From positions 960,001 to 1,024,000 of the forward strand of contig CAVSAC010000014.1 in the NCBI GenBank assembly GCA_963725865.1: a stretch of 64,000 nt of DNA, given 5' to 3'. Source of the DNA: Candidatus Eiseniibacteriota bacterium. Lineage in GTDB: Bacteria > Eisenbacteria > RBG-16-71-46. The position numbers were made by a program, and so were the translations under genes. The notes below the pieces were generated by a model. That model did no database searches and was not told the DNA's origin. It was given only the letters and a program-made list of their open reading frames with translations. Shown piece after piece: positions 18,655 through 27,595 of this stretch (position 1 is the first letter of the stretch; each line of letters starts with the position of its first letter).

Positions 18655-21363
18655 ATGCCCATCCGCGATTCGCTCCCGCCCGTCCTGCGTGGCGAGGACG
18701 CGGCCGATCTCGCACCTGGGTCGCGCGCGCGCCTCGAGGGCCTTGCGCACGATGCCCAGACCGAGGGCGCGCTCACCCCGCTGCGGGACGAGTGCGCGGC
18801 GCGGCTGCGACAGCCGCACGCCAGCTTCGGGGTCGAATACCTGCTTGCCGCGGCCTGCGCCCTGAACGGCGAGGTGGAGCGAGCGCACCAGACCCTGCTC
18901 GCGCTGGGCGAGCGGCTCGCGGCCGCCGAACTCTGGGAGCCGCTGGCGGCGGTGGCGGAGCGCGCGCTCGACCTCGAGACGACGCGAGCCGCCGCACGAT
19001 TGCTGGTGCGCGCGCACGAGGGCCTTCGCAAGGACCCTGAGCGCATCGAGGCGATGGGCCGCGCCTGGGCTGTGATGCCGGACGATCTCGAGCTGGGGCT
19101 GCTGTTCGCGGTGCGGCTCGGCGAGGCGGGGCTCGACGACCAGCGCCGCGAGCTGCTGGTGGAGTTGATGCCGCAGTTCGCCGCGCAGTCGCGCTGGGCC
19201 GGGCTCGAGGAGGCGGCGCTCGAGTTCGCCGAGCGCGGGCACATCGAGGGGCTGTTGGCCTTGCTGCGCGTGCTCCCGCAGGTGGCCGCGCAGAATGCAT
19301 TCGCGGAGGTCCGGCAGTTGGTCGCGATCGCGTTCCCGCCGCTGGCCGCGGCGGGCCGCGCGGCCGACGTCGAGCACGAGCTGCGCGAGGTCGCGCAGGC
19401 CGCGGGCGCCAGCGATGGCGCCGAGGCGGCCGAGCCGTTCCGAGCCGCGCTGGTCGAGGCGGTGCGAGCGGGCTCCGCCGCAGCGCTACCCGATGCGGAC
19501 GCGGTGCTGGCCCAATCGGGTCTGTCGGACCCGCTGATGCCGCTGCTCGAGTCGCTGGCACGCTTCGACACCATCGCCGCGCTGGCGCCGGGTCGGCCGG
19601 TGTTTCACTCCACGTTCGGCGCCGGCCGCGTGGCGGTGAACGACGGCGAGTATGTGCTGATCGATTTCGCTCACGCGCGCGGGCACCGCATGCCGTATGC
19701 CGCGGCGGTGCGGTCGCTCGCAGCGGTGACCGAGGACGACCTGCGGCTGGTGAAGGCCACCGCCCCAGCCGAACTGGCGCGCCTGAAGGCCGAGGAGCCG
19801 GGCGAGGTGGTGGTGCGCGCGCTCAAGGCGGTCGGCGGCCAGGGCGATGCCCAGAAGCTCAAGGTGTTCCTGGTCGGTTCCGAGATCGTGCCGGCCAAGG
19901 ACTGGACCGCGTTCTGGCGCAAGGCGCGCGGCGCCGCCGAGAAGGACCCGCGCATCGACCACGCACGTGCCTTCGAGCAGCATTACCGGCTGGCGCCGGA
20001 GGGCGCGGCCATCGGAGACCGCACGCCGCTGCCGGCGATGGAGCCGCGCAAGCCGGTGCGGACGAATCTGGTCTTGCTGCGCAAGTTCCTGGCCCAGCAC
20101 CCCGGACTCGACCACGCGGTGGCGCAGCGCTTCGGGCGCTACATCGCGCGTGCGATGCACGACGAGACCGTCGACCGCGCCGAGCGGGCGCGCGCCGGGC
20201 TTTGGTTCGCGCGCTGGTTTCCCGAGCGCCGCGAGGAGTGGGCCACGGTGCTGCACGAGCTGTGGGAGCAGGGGCTGGCGGTCATCGACCTGCCGAACGA
20301 GGACGAGCAGCAGGCGCTGCTCGAGATCTCGCACGCCGTGGGCGTGGAGGCCGACGCGATCCTGTCGGGACTCGATTCCCGGTTCGCGACCGTACGCGAA
20401 TCGGCCATGCGCCTGCGCGACCAACTCGACGACGCCGGCCGCGCCGAGCTGCGTCGCACGCTGCTCCAGCGGGCGCCGCGCTATCCGACCGCGGCGCTGC
20501 GCCTGATCGACGAGATCCTCGACCAGCGCGCCGATGTGGAGACCACCTGGAAGGCGTTCCACGCGGCGCTCACGATCCTCGAGGACAAGCCAAAGCCCTC
20601 GGCCGCCGAGAAGGCCCTGCGCTGGCTCGAGGTCGAGGGCGACTTCGACGCGCACCTCGACGGCGAGGCGTGCCCCGAGGACGTGCGGCTGCGCATCCGG
20701 GTGCTGCTCCGCCAGTGGCGCTCCAGCGACCGGTACCTGTTCCCGGCCATGGAGGCCGCGGAGCGGCTGGGACTCGCCGAGGAGGCCCAGGCGGTGCGGG
20801 ACGCCCGCCAGAAGAGCACCGAGCGACTGTTCGAGGGCGTCGGCCAGCAGGCGGAGTCCAGCGACCTGCCGGTGATGACCCGCGCCACCTGGGAGCGGCT
20901 CCGCGGGGAGCTCGATCGCCTCCAGCACGAGTTGCGCACCACCATCCCGCAGACCATCCGGAAGGCGCGCGAGCTGGGCGACCTGCGCGAAAACGCCGAG
21001 TACCACTCCGCGAAGCTGAAGCAGGCGAACGTGAGCCGGCTGGTCGCGGCGCTGCAGCTCAAGGTCACGCGCGCTCGCTTCGTCGAGAACGCGGAGTACA
21101 AGGACGGCGTGGTCGGGCTCGGCACCGAGGTGGTGCTCGAGAGCCAGGACGACGTCACGACGTACTGGATCCTCGGCGAGGGCGAGCACCACCACGGCAA
21201 TCACGTGATCTCGTTCCAGACCGCGGTCGGCCGTGTGCTGATGGGGCACGCCATCGGTGACGAGGTGGAGTTGGGCGAGGGCGAGAAGCGCCGTCGCTGG
21301 CGAGTGGTGTCGATCGAGCGGCGCCTGCCGCCGGTCGACGAGGCCGCGCCGGCGAGCGAGTAG
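18655..21363 (+). CDS. Large (~900 aa) GreA/GreB-domain protein
   Basis: C-terminal ARELGDLRENAEYHSAK and 'VISFQTAVGRVLMG' Gre motifs; long helical N-terminus. Confidence 0.85.
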   Translation: MPIRDSLPPVLRGEDAADLAPGSRARLEGLAHDAQTEGALTPLRDECAARLRQPHASFGVEYLLAAACALNGEVERAHQTLLALGERLAAAELWEPLAAVAERALDLETTRAAARLLVRAHEGLRKDPERIEAMGRAWAVMPDDLELGLLFAVRLGEAGLDDQRRELLVELMPQFAAQSRWAGLEEAALEFAERGHIEGLLALLRVLPQVAAQNAFAEVRQLVAIAFPPLAAAGRAADVEHELREVAQAAGASDGAEAAEPFRAALVEAVRAGSAAALPDADAVLAQSGLSDPLMPLLESLARFDTIAALAPGRPVFHSTFGAGRVAVNDGEYVLIDFAHARGHRMPYAAAVRSLAAVTEDDLRLVKATAPAELARLKAEEPGEVVVRALKAVGGQGDAQKLKVFLVGSEIVPAKDWTAFWRKARGAAEKDPRIDHARAFEQHYRLAPEGAAIGDRTPLPAMEPRKPVRTNLVLLRKFLAQHPGLDHAVAQRFGRYIARAMHDETVDRAERARAGLWFARWFPERREEWATVLHELWEQGLAVIDLPNEDEQQALLEISHAVGVEADAILSGLDSRFATVRESAMRLRDQLDDAGRAELRRTLLQRAPRYPTAALRLIDEILDQRADVETTWKAFHAALTILEDKPKPSAAEKALRWLEVEGDFDAHLDGEACPEDVRLRIRVLLRQWRSSDRYLFPAMEAAERLGLAEEAQAVRDARQKSTERLFEGVGQQAESSDLPVMTRATWERLRGELDRLQHELRTTIPQTIRKARELGDLRENAEYHSAKLKQANVSRLVAALQLKVTRARFVENAEYKDGVVGLGTEVVLESQDDVTTYWILGEGEHHHGNHVISFQTAVGRVLMGHAIGDEVELGEGEKRRRWRVVSIERRLPPVDEAAPASE

Positions 21364-21529
21364 CGTCGCGCGCGTTCACGCGCCGCGCACCGGATGTGCA
21401 CCGAAATCCGCACACTCGCATCCGCGCGTCGCGACGCCATGACGCGCGCGTGTAGCGCGAGCGTCGCGCCTTGTCAAGCGCGCTCGAACGACGTTCGTCA
21501 CGAACATGCACGCGCCGACAAAAACACAT

Positions 21530-21558
21530 TTGTCGTGCGTCTCCCGTCGCGCTATGGT
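21530..21558 (+). promoter_or_regulatory. Sigma70-type promoter
   Basis: TTGTCG-N17-TATGGT. Confidence 0.45.
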
Positions 21559-21564
21559 GCCCCG

Positions 21565-21766
21565 CGACGATTGACCGGCTCACATCACGCACGGAGCGCG
21601 ACGTGAGCGACCACCGACATCGCATGCAGACGCGCCCGAGATCGAGCGCCCCCGAATCGCTCGTGGTGGGCGGCGAAGACATTGAAGTTTGGCCGCAACC
21701 GTTCAGGCGGTCCGCGGATCGCCCTACGTTGGGTCGGAAAGGGAATTCCCGCCGCCCACCCTTCTT
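21565..21766 (+). ncRNA. Putative structured leader or sRNA upstream of the B3/4 gene
   Basis: Perfect 11-bp helix 21665-21675/21750-21760 enclosing hairpins, followed by CTTCTT. Confidence 0.35.
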
Positions 21767-21831
21767 CGTGCTCCGCGCCGCGGAGCGCGAAGGCCGACGC
21801 GCCGGCTGAGCGCGGGCCCGGTTCGTACGCC

Positions 21832-22518
21832 ATGTCGCTCCAGGCCCGTCTCCAGTCGCTGCCGCTCGTGGTGGACGATGCACTGCGAGGTACCGTCGCA
21901 ATCGGCGTGCTCGAGGCCGACGGTGTGCGTCAGGACCCGCTCCCCGCGGAGTTCACGGCCGAGCGCGAACAGTTCGAGACCCACCTCATCCAGCAATACG
22001 GATCGCGCACGCCCGCCGACATCCCGGGCGTCGCCGAGACCCGCGCCCTGTTCCACCGCCTCGACATCGATCCCACGAAGACGCGCCCGAGCAGCGAAGC
22101 GCTGCTGCGGCGCGTGCTGCAGGGCAAGGGCCTGCCGACGGTGCTCCCGGCGGTCGACGTGTGCAATTTGTGCTCGCTGGAGTCGCAGATCCCGCTCGGG
22201 CTCTACGACCGCGAACGGGTGCGGGCGTCGATCCGGGTGCGGGTCGGCCGCCCCGGCGAGGGCTATGCCGGGATCCGCAAGCAACGGGTCAACCTGGCGG
22301 GCCGGCTGCTGCTGGCCGACGAGGACGGGGCCTTCGGGGCACCGACCTCGGACTCCCTCCACACCGCCGTCACCGAGACCACGCAGCGCCTTCTGGTGGT
22401 GCTGTTCTGCCCGCCCGAACGGGCCGCCAGCGATCTCTCGGGGGCGATGGAGCACCTCGCCGACCGCCTCGGCCGCTACTGCGGAGCCACCCTGAGCGCC
22501 GTGCGTATCGTGCAATAA
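21832..22518 (+). CDS. B3/4-domain protein (PheRS-beta-related, trans-editing family)
   Basis: IDPTKTRPSSEALLRRV, VDVCNLCSL, PLGLYD, GAPTSDS. Confidence 0.88.
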   Translation: MSLQARLQSLPLVVDDALRGTVAIGVLEADGVRQDPLPAEFTAEREQFETHLIQQYGSRTPADIPGVAETRALFHRLDIDPTKTRPSSEALLRRVLQGKGLPTVLPAVDVCNLCSLESQIPLGLYDRERVRASIRVRVGRPGEGYAGIRKQRVNLAGRLLLADEDGAFGAPTSDSLHTAVTETTQRLLVVLFCPPERAASDLSGAMEHLADRLGRYCGATLSAVRIVQ

Positions 22519-22647
22519 GCCGCGCGCGCGGGCCTTCATGCCGCTTGACCCGCGACGAAGGCGGTCCCTAGAGTCGCCGACGCACATCGCTCCCTGCCGT
22601 TCCCGTGGATGGCTCCGCGCCCGCCTGGAGCCGAGGAGGATTCCCTG

Positions 22648-23199
22648 ATGAAGCGTTACTTCGGACTGGCGCTGATCGCGCTCGCCCTGGCCGTGGCCGC
22701 GCCCCGCGCGCAGGCAGTCTCGGTGGGGGCCGAGGCGTTCGGCGGAATGAGCATCCCGATCCTGCAGGACGACTCCGATCAGGGCTCGGTGTTCGGCGTC
22801 CGCGTCCCGGTCGCCGTGCTGCCGATGCTCACGGCCGAGCCGTGGATCGCGAAGTCGGCGCTCGGCAACAAGAGCGTGACGATCGCCAACATCGGCTACG
22901 AGCGCGACGGCGGCGACCTGACGGCGTTCGGACTCAACGCGCGCCTCGGCGGCGTCACCGGCCCGGGCGTCTCGTTCTTCCCGTACGCCGGAATCGGTTC
23001 GTTCAAGCTCACGCGCTCCGGCTCGGAGGACATCAGCAAGGTCGGCTACGACGTGGGCCTCGGCCTCACGCTGACACCCGCGCCCAAGTTCGGGATCGGC
23101 CTGCGCGGCCAGTTCGACATGATCCCGACCGGCGACACCTCGCGGAAGTACGGCGAGGTGCAGCTCGGCCTGTCCTATTCCTTCCTGACCCTGCCGTGA
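22648..23199 (+). CDS. Outer-membrane beta-barrel protein (OmpA-like 8-stranded)
   Basis: Signal peptide, alternating strands (FFPYAGIG), C-terminal LGLSYSF. Confidence 0.75.
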   Translation: MKRYFGLALIALALAVAAPRAQAVSVGAEAFGGMSIPILQDDSDQGSVFGVRVPVAVLPMLTAEPWIAKSALGNKSVTIANIGYERDGGDLTAFGLNARLGGVTGPGVSFFPYAGIGSFKLTRSGSEDISKVGYDVGLGLTLTPAPKFGIGLRGQFDMIPTGDTSRKYGEVQLGLSYSFLTLP

Positions 23200-23213
23200 G
23201 GAGGCGAACCGCG

Positions 23214-23768
23214 ATGAAGACGCTCCGCTACGCTCTGCCCCTGCTCGCGCTCGCCGGACTACTGTCGTCGGGGTGCATCCTGACGTCGGCGCAGATCATG
23301 GCGACGTACGACCTGCCTGATCCGTTCGAGGTGACGAATACGCTCGCGCTCAACCACATCGACGTGGACCTGAACACGATCAGCGACTACGCGGACAACA
23401 AGGACAAGTTGAAGGACGTCGTGGACCTGGCGATCCTCGGCAAGTTCGAGAACCGGACCGGCAGCCCGGCCGGGACTCTGACCGTCTACATGACGCCCAC
23501 GTTCACTACGCACACCACGATCGGCCAGGTCACCGGCGACCCGAGCGCGGTGAAGATCTGGGGGCCGTTCGCGCTCCCGGCCGGCTCGTCGACCACCGGC
23601 ATCACGTGGGACGACTCCGCTGCGTTGTTCGGCGCCGGCAAGCAGGCCCTCATCGACGAGGTCAAGGGCGACGGGAAGTTCTCGCTCTATGCGATCGCGT
23701 CGACCGGCACGTACGACATCGAGATCAAGAACGGCGCGCTGGTGGTGGTGCTCGACGGCGGCCTGTGA
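23214..23768 (+). CDS. Lipoprotein of unknown function
   Basis: Lipobox LSSG-C; beta-rich; RBS GAGGAGG. Confidence 0.75.
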   Translation: MKTLRYALPLLALAGLLSSGCILTSAQIMATYDLPDPFEVTNTLALNHIDVDLNTISDYADNKDKLKDVVDLAILGKFENRTGSPAGTLTVYMTPTFTTHTTIGQVTGDPSAVKIWGPFALPAGSSTTGITWDDSAALFGAGKQALIDEVKGDGKFSLYAIASTGTYDIEIKNGALVVVLDGGL

Positions 23769-23901
23769 GCCGCGTCGGCGTCTGAAGCCGGAAGATGCCG
23801 CCGCCGGGCTCGCGATGCGGGCCCGGCGGCGATCGTCTTAGGCGGCGCATCCGGGCACGCGGCGTGTGGCGCCCCGAGCGCCGGCCGTCCCGCGCGGCCG
23901 C

Positions 23902-25638
23902 TCAGCCCCGCCAGCCGTTCGTGATCGGCAGCCGCCGGTCCTTCCCGAACGCGCGCGGCGTGATCTTGATCCCCGGCGGACTCTGGCGGCGCTTGTACTC
24001 CGCCAGATCGACCATGCGCGCGACGCGCCGCACGGTGGGTTCGTCGTGCCCTTCCGCCGCGATCTCGGCGATCGCACGGTCCTCCTCGACGTACTGGCGC
24101 AGGATCTCATCGAGCACGTCGTAGGGCGGCAGCGTGTCCTGGTCGGTCTGGTCGGGCTTGAGCTCCGCGGTCGGCGGCCGCGTGAGGATGCGCTCCGGGA
24201 TCACCGGCGCCGGACCCAGCGCGTTACGGTGCCGTGCGAGCGCATAGACCATGGTCTTGTACACGTCCTTCAGCACCGCGAACCCGCCGGCGGTGTCCCC
24301 GTAGAGCGTGCTGTAGCCCACCGACGTCTCGCTCTTGTTGCCGGTGGTCAGCACCAGCCAGCCGAACTTGTTCGAGAGCGCCATCAGGTAATTGCCGCGG
24401 ATGCGCGCCTGCAGGTTCTCCTCGGTGATGTCGGCCGCCTTGCCAGCGAACGCGCCGGCGAGCGCGCTCCGGTAGGCGTCGAACACCTCGCCGATCGGAA
24501 TGGTCTGGAGGCGCGTGCCGAGCGCGCGCGCGAGGGTCTCGGCGTCCTCTCGCGAGATGGCCGACGTGTAGCCCGACGGCATGCTCACGCCAACGACTTG
24601 CTCGGCGCCGATCGCGTCGGCGGCGATGCAGGCGGTCAGCGCCGAGTCGATCCCGCCGGAGAGCCCCAGCACCACGGTTGTGAACCCGTTCTTGCGCACG
24701 TAGTCGCCGGTGCCCAGCACCAGGCCCTCGTACACCTCGGCCGCGAGCGGGATCTCCGGCAGCGGCGCACGCGCCGGCAGCGGGGGCGGCGGAGCTGCGG
24801 CCGTGGCCGGTGGCGGCACCTCGATGCGTATCGCGTCGAGGCCGTGGCCGGCCGTGCGGCCCTTGCGCAGGCGCGAGTCGTGGAGCCGGATGCCGAACAC
24901 TTCGTCGATGTCGACGTCCGCCACCACGAGGTCCTCGCGGAAGCGAGCCCCCTCGGCCAGTACGGTGCCAGTCTGGTCCACGATCAGGCTCCCGCCGTCG
25001 TACAGGATCTCGTCCTGGCCGCCGACCAGGTTCACGTAGCACACGATCGCGAGGTTATCGGTCGCGCGCGTGCACAGCATGCGGCGGCGCTGCTCGGCCT
25101 TGCCGGCGTAGTAGGGCGAGGCCGAGAGGTTGACGAGGATCTCGGCGCCTCCGCGCATCACCTGGTCCTCGACCGGGCCGCCCGGGTACCAGATGTCCTC
25201 GCAGATGTTCACCCCGATCACCGCCTCTCCGCGCGCGAACACCGGATTGCGGGTGCCGGGCATGAAGTAGCGGTTTTCGTCGAACACGCCGTAGTTGGGC
25301 AGGAAGCGCTTGCGGTAGGTCCCCATCCAGGCGCCGTCGTGGAGCACCGCAGCGGCGTTGTACAGGTCTCCGTCGCGCTCCACCGATCCGACGATCACCG
25401 TCATCCCGACGGTGTCTGGAACCAGCGCCCGGGTCGAGGCGACCGCGCGATCGATGAACGAGGGCTTGAGCAGCAAGTCCTCCGGCGGGTAGCCGGTGAC
25501 CATCATCTCGGGAAACGCGAGCACGTCGACGCCGAGTGCGCGGGCGCGTGCGATGCCGTCGCGGATCCGACGGACGTTGCCCTCGAGATCGCCGACCGTG
25601 GGGTTGGTCTGGCACAGACCGAGGCGGAGAGGTCGCAT
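23902..25638 (-). CDS. nadE: Glutamine-dependent NAD+ synthetase
   Basis: Nitrilase domain (FPEM, ICEDIW), LGLSGGIDS, ENLQARIRG, TGNKSE, EYKRRQ. Confidence 0.96.
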   Translation of the reverse strand: MRPLRLGLCQTNPTVGDLEGNVRRIRDGIARARALGVDVLAFPEMMVTGYPPEDLLLKPSFIDRAVASTRALVPDTVGMTVIVGSVERDGDLYNAAAVLHDGAWMGTYRKRFLPNYGVFDENRYFMPGTRNPVFARGEAVIGVNICEDIWYPGGPVEDQVMRGGAEILVNLSASPYYAGKAEQRRRMLCTRATDNLAIVCYVNLVGGQDEILYDGGSLIVDQTGTVLAEGARFREDLVVADVDIDEVFGIRLHDSRLRKGRTAGHGLDAIRIEVPPPATAAAPPPPLPARAPLPEIPLAAEVYEGLVLGTGDYVRKNGFTTVVLGLSGGIDSALTACIAADAIGAEQVVGVSMPSGYTSAISREDAETLARALGTRLQTIPIGEVFDAYRSALAGAFAGKAADITEENLQARIRGNYLMALSNKFGWLVLTTGNKSETSVGYSTLYGDTAGGFAVLKDVYKTMVYALARHRNALGPAPVIPERILTRPPTAELKPDQTDQDTLPPYDVLDEILRQYVEEDRAIAEIAAEGHDEPTVRRVARMVDLAEYKRRQSPPGIKITPRAFGKDRRLPITNGWRG

Positions 25639-25723
25639 GGGTGCGCGATAGTGCCCGCCCGCCCGAGGACGTGCAAGCGGTGCGGGCGCGCGCTCCGCGG
25701 CGGCGGCGCGGGCCGCGCGGGAG

Positions 25724-25982
25724 AAAACGAAAACGCCCGGCATGGACCGGGCGATCCCGTTTTGGTCGCGGGTCTGCAGGCCCGCTTGCCGAGAGAGAGG
25801 ATGCGGGCCCCAGCGCTTGATGCCGGAGCCCCACCTCCGACCCGATCCGACGCGGGGGTCCAGAGACCCTGCTTTCGCGACGCCGGACGGGCTCTCGATC
25901 TCGACCGCCGGGTCACGGCCCGGCAGCATGAGGAGTTAGAGCAAGACCCGTTCCGCATGGAACGGGGCTCACGTCCACCCGT
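25724..25982 (-). ncRNA. Putative ~250-nt multi-branched RNA with promoter and intrinsic terminator upstream of nadE
   Basis: TTGGCT-N18-(TGc)GACAAT promoter; closing helix 25977-25981/25769-25773; at least 5 hairpins; terminator 25734-25753 plus TTTTCGTTTT. Confidence 0.6.
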
Positions 25983-26137
25983 AAACCATTGTCGCAACGT
26001 GAACCCCCGGTAGCCAAGGGGAAAAACGCGTCGTCCCTCCGATGCGGACGCACAGAAACTGGCAGGCGGAACGCCACACCGAGCCTCCGGGCGCCACACC
26101 CCGCGCCCCCCGCCGGGCCCCCCCGGCCCCGGGGCGA

Positions 26138-27595
26138 TCAGTCCGCCGGGGAGGCGGTCGGCGCGTGCGGCTGAAGGAGCACCAGCGCGAACCCCGCCGC
26201 GCCCAGCGCCGCCATGACCAGGTAGGAGTCGTGGGTCGCGTGCGAGAGCGCCGCGGGGTCGAGCGCCGCCGTGTGCGCCGACAGGGCCCCGCCGCCGTGG
26301 GCGGCGTAGCGCGAAGCCGCCAGCGCCGCCATCACCGCCGCGCCACTCGCGAAACCCAGGTTCCGCATCGTGGCCTGCAGGCCGGACGCCATGCCCAGCA
26401 GCTCGCGCGGGACGAACGAGAGCAGCGCGCTCGAGTTGGGCACCATGAAGAGCCCCTGCCCGGTGCCGATCAGCGCCATGCCGCCCAGGATGGCGGCCGG
26501 ATTCGGACGCGCCTCGACCTGCGCCAGCAGCCAGAAGCCGAAGGCGGTCAGCGCCATCCCGAACGCGGCGACCGGCTTGGTGCCGATGCGGTCGGCGTAA
26601 CGCCCGGCGAGCGGCGAGAAGATCAGCGCGGTGACCGGCATCATCGCGAGCCAGCGCCCGGTGGCCGCGGCGTCGAGGTGCAGCACCCCCTCGAGGTAGA
26701 GCGGCAGATGGAAGCCGACGGTCACACCCAGCAGGTGGGAGAGCAGTGTGAGCGAGACGGCGAGACCGAGCGGACCGCGCACCACGCGGCCCGGCAGCAA
26801 CGGCTCGGCGGAGCGGTGCTCGACCAGCGAGAACAGCACCATCAACAGCACGGCGAGCCCGAACAGGCCTTCGACGTAGGGGTGCGTCCAGCCGTCCGCG
26901 GGTCCGCGCGAGAGCCCGAGCATCAGCGCGAACAGCGCGCCGCACCAGAGCGCGGCCGCGCCGAGGTCGAGCCGCACCTTCGCGCGGATCGGCGGATCGT
27001 CGGGCACGCGTGTCTGCAGCAGCCAGAACGCGAGCAATCCGATCGGAAGGTTGATGAAGAACAGCCACCGCCACGACCAGTGGCCGATGATGAGGCCGCC
27101 GAGCGGCGTGCCGACCGCGAGCCCGATCCCCACCACCGCTCCGAACGCCCCCAGCGCCTTGCCGCGCTCCGCGCCCGGGAACGAGCTCACCAGCAGCGCC
27201 GCACTGTTCGCCGACATCATCGCGGCGCCGAGGCCCTGCAGCGCGCGCGCCGCGATCAGCCAGGTCGCGGACTGCGCCGCGCCGCACAGCGCCGACGCGG
27301 TCACGAACAGCAGCAGTCCGGTGCCGTAGATGCGGCGCCGCCCGATCTGATCGGCGAGCCGGCCGAGCGAGAGCAGCAGGCCGGTGATGGTGACGACGTA
27401 GGCGAGCACCACCCACTCGATGGTGGTCAATGGCACTCCGAACGCCCGCGAGAGCGTCGGCAGCGCGATGTTCACCACGCTGACGTCGAGCGTGGCCATC
27501 GCCACGCCGAGAGCCAGCGGAGGGAACGTGCGCCATCGCGGCAGCGCCGCGCCCGACTCGAAGATCGAACCGCCGGCGGCCGGTGGGTCGCTCAC
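26138..27595 (-). CDS. MFS drug:H+ antiporter (DHA2, 14-TM)
   Basis: LDVSVVNIALP, GRLADQIGRRR, WRWLFFINLPIG. Confidence 0.92.
   Translation of the reverse strand: MSDPPAAGGSIFESGAALPRWRTFPPLALGVAMATLDVSVVNIALPTLSRAFGVPLTTIEWVVLAYVVTITGLLLSLGRLADQIGRRRIYGTGLLLFVTASALCGAAQSATWLIAARALQGLGAAMMSANSAALLVSSFPGAERGKALGAFGAVVGIGLAVGTPLGGLIIGHWSWRWLFFINLPIGLLAFWLLQTRVPDDPPIRAKVRLDLGAAALWCGALFALMLGLSRGPADGWTHPYVEGLFGLAVLLMVLFSLVEHRSAEPLLPGRVVRGPLGLAVSLTLLSHLLGVTVGFHLPLYLEGVLHLDAAATGRWLAMMPVTALIFSPLAGRYADRIGTKPVAAFGMALTAFGFWLLAQVEARPNPAAILGGMALIGTGQGLFMVPNSSALLSFVPRELLGMASGLQATMRNLGFASGAAVMAALAASRYAAHGGGALSAHTAALDPAALSHATHDSYLVMAALGAAGFALVLLQPHAPTASPAD

Noticed and set aside
25724..26010. tmRNA, RNase P or SRP identity for the RNA upstream of nadE
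   Set aside because: No tRNA-like ends, T-loop or tag ORF; no GAGGAAAGUCC; no SRP GGAA/AGCAG domain
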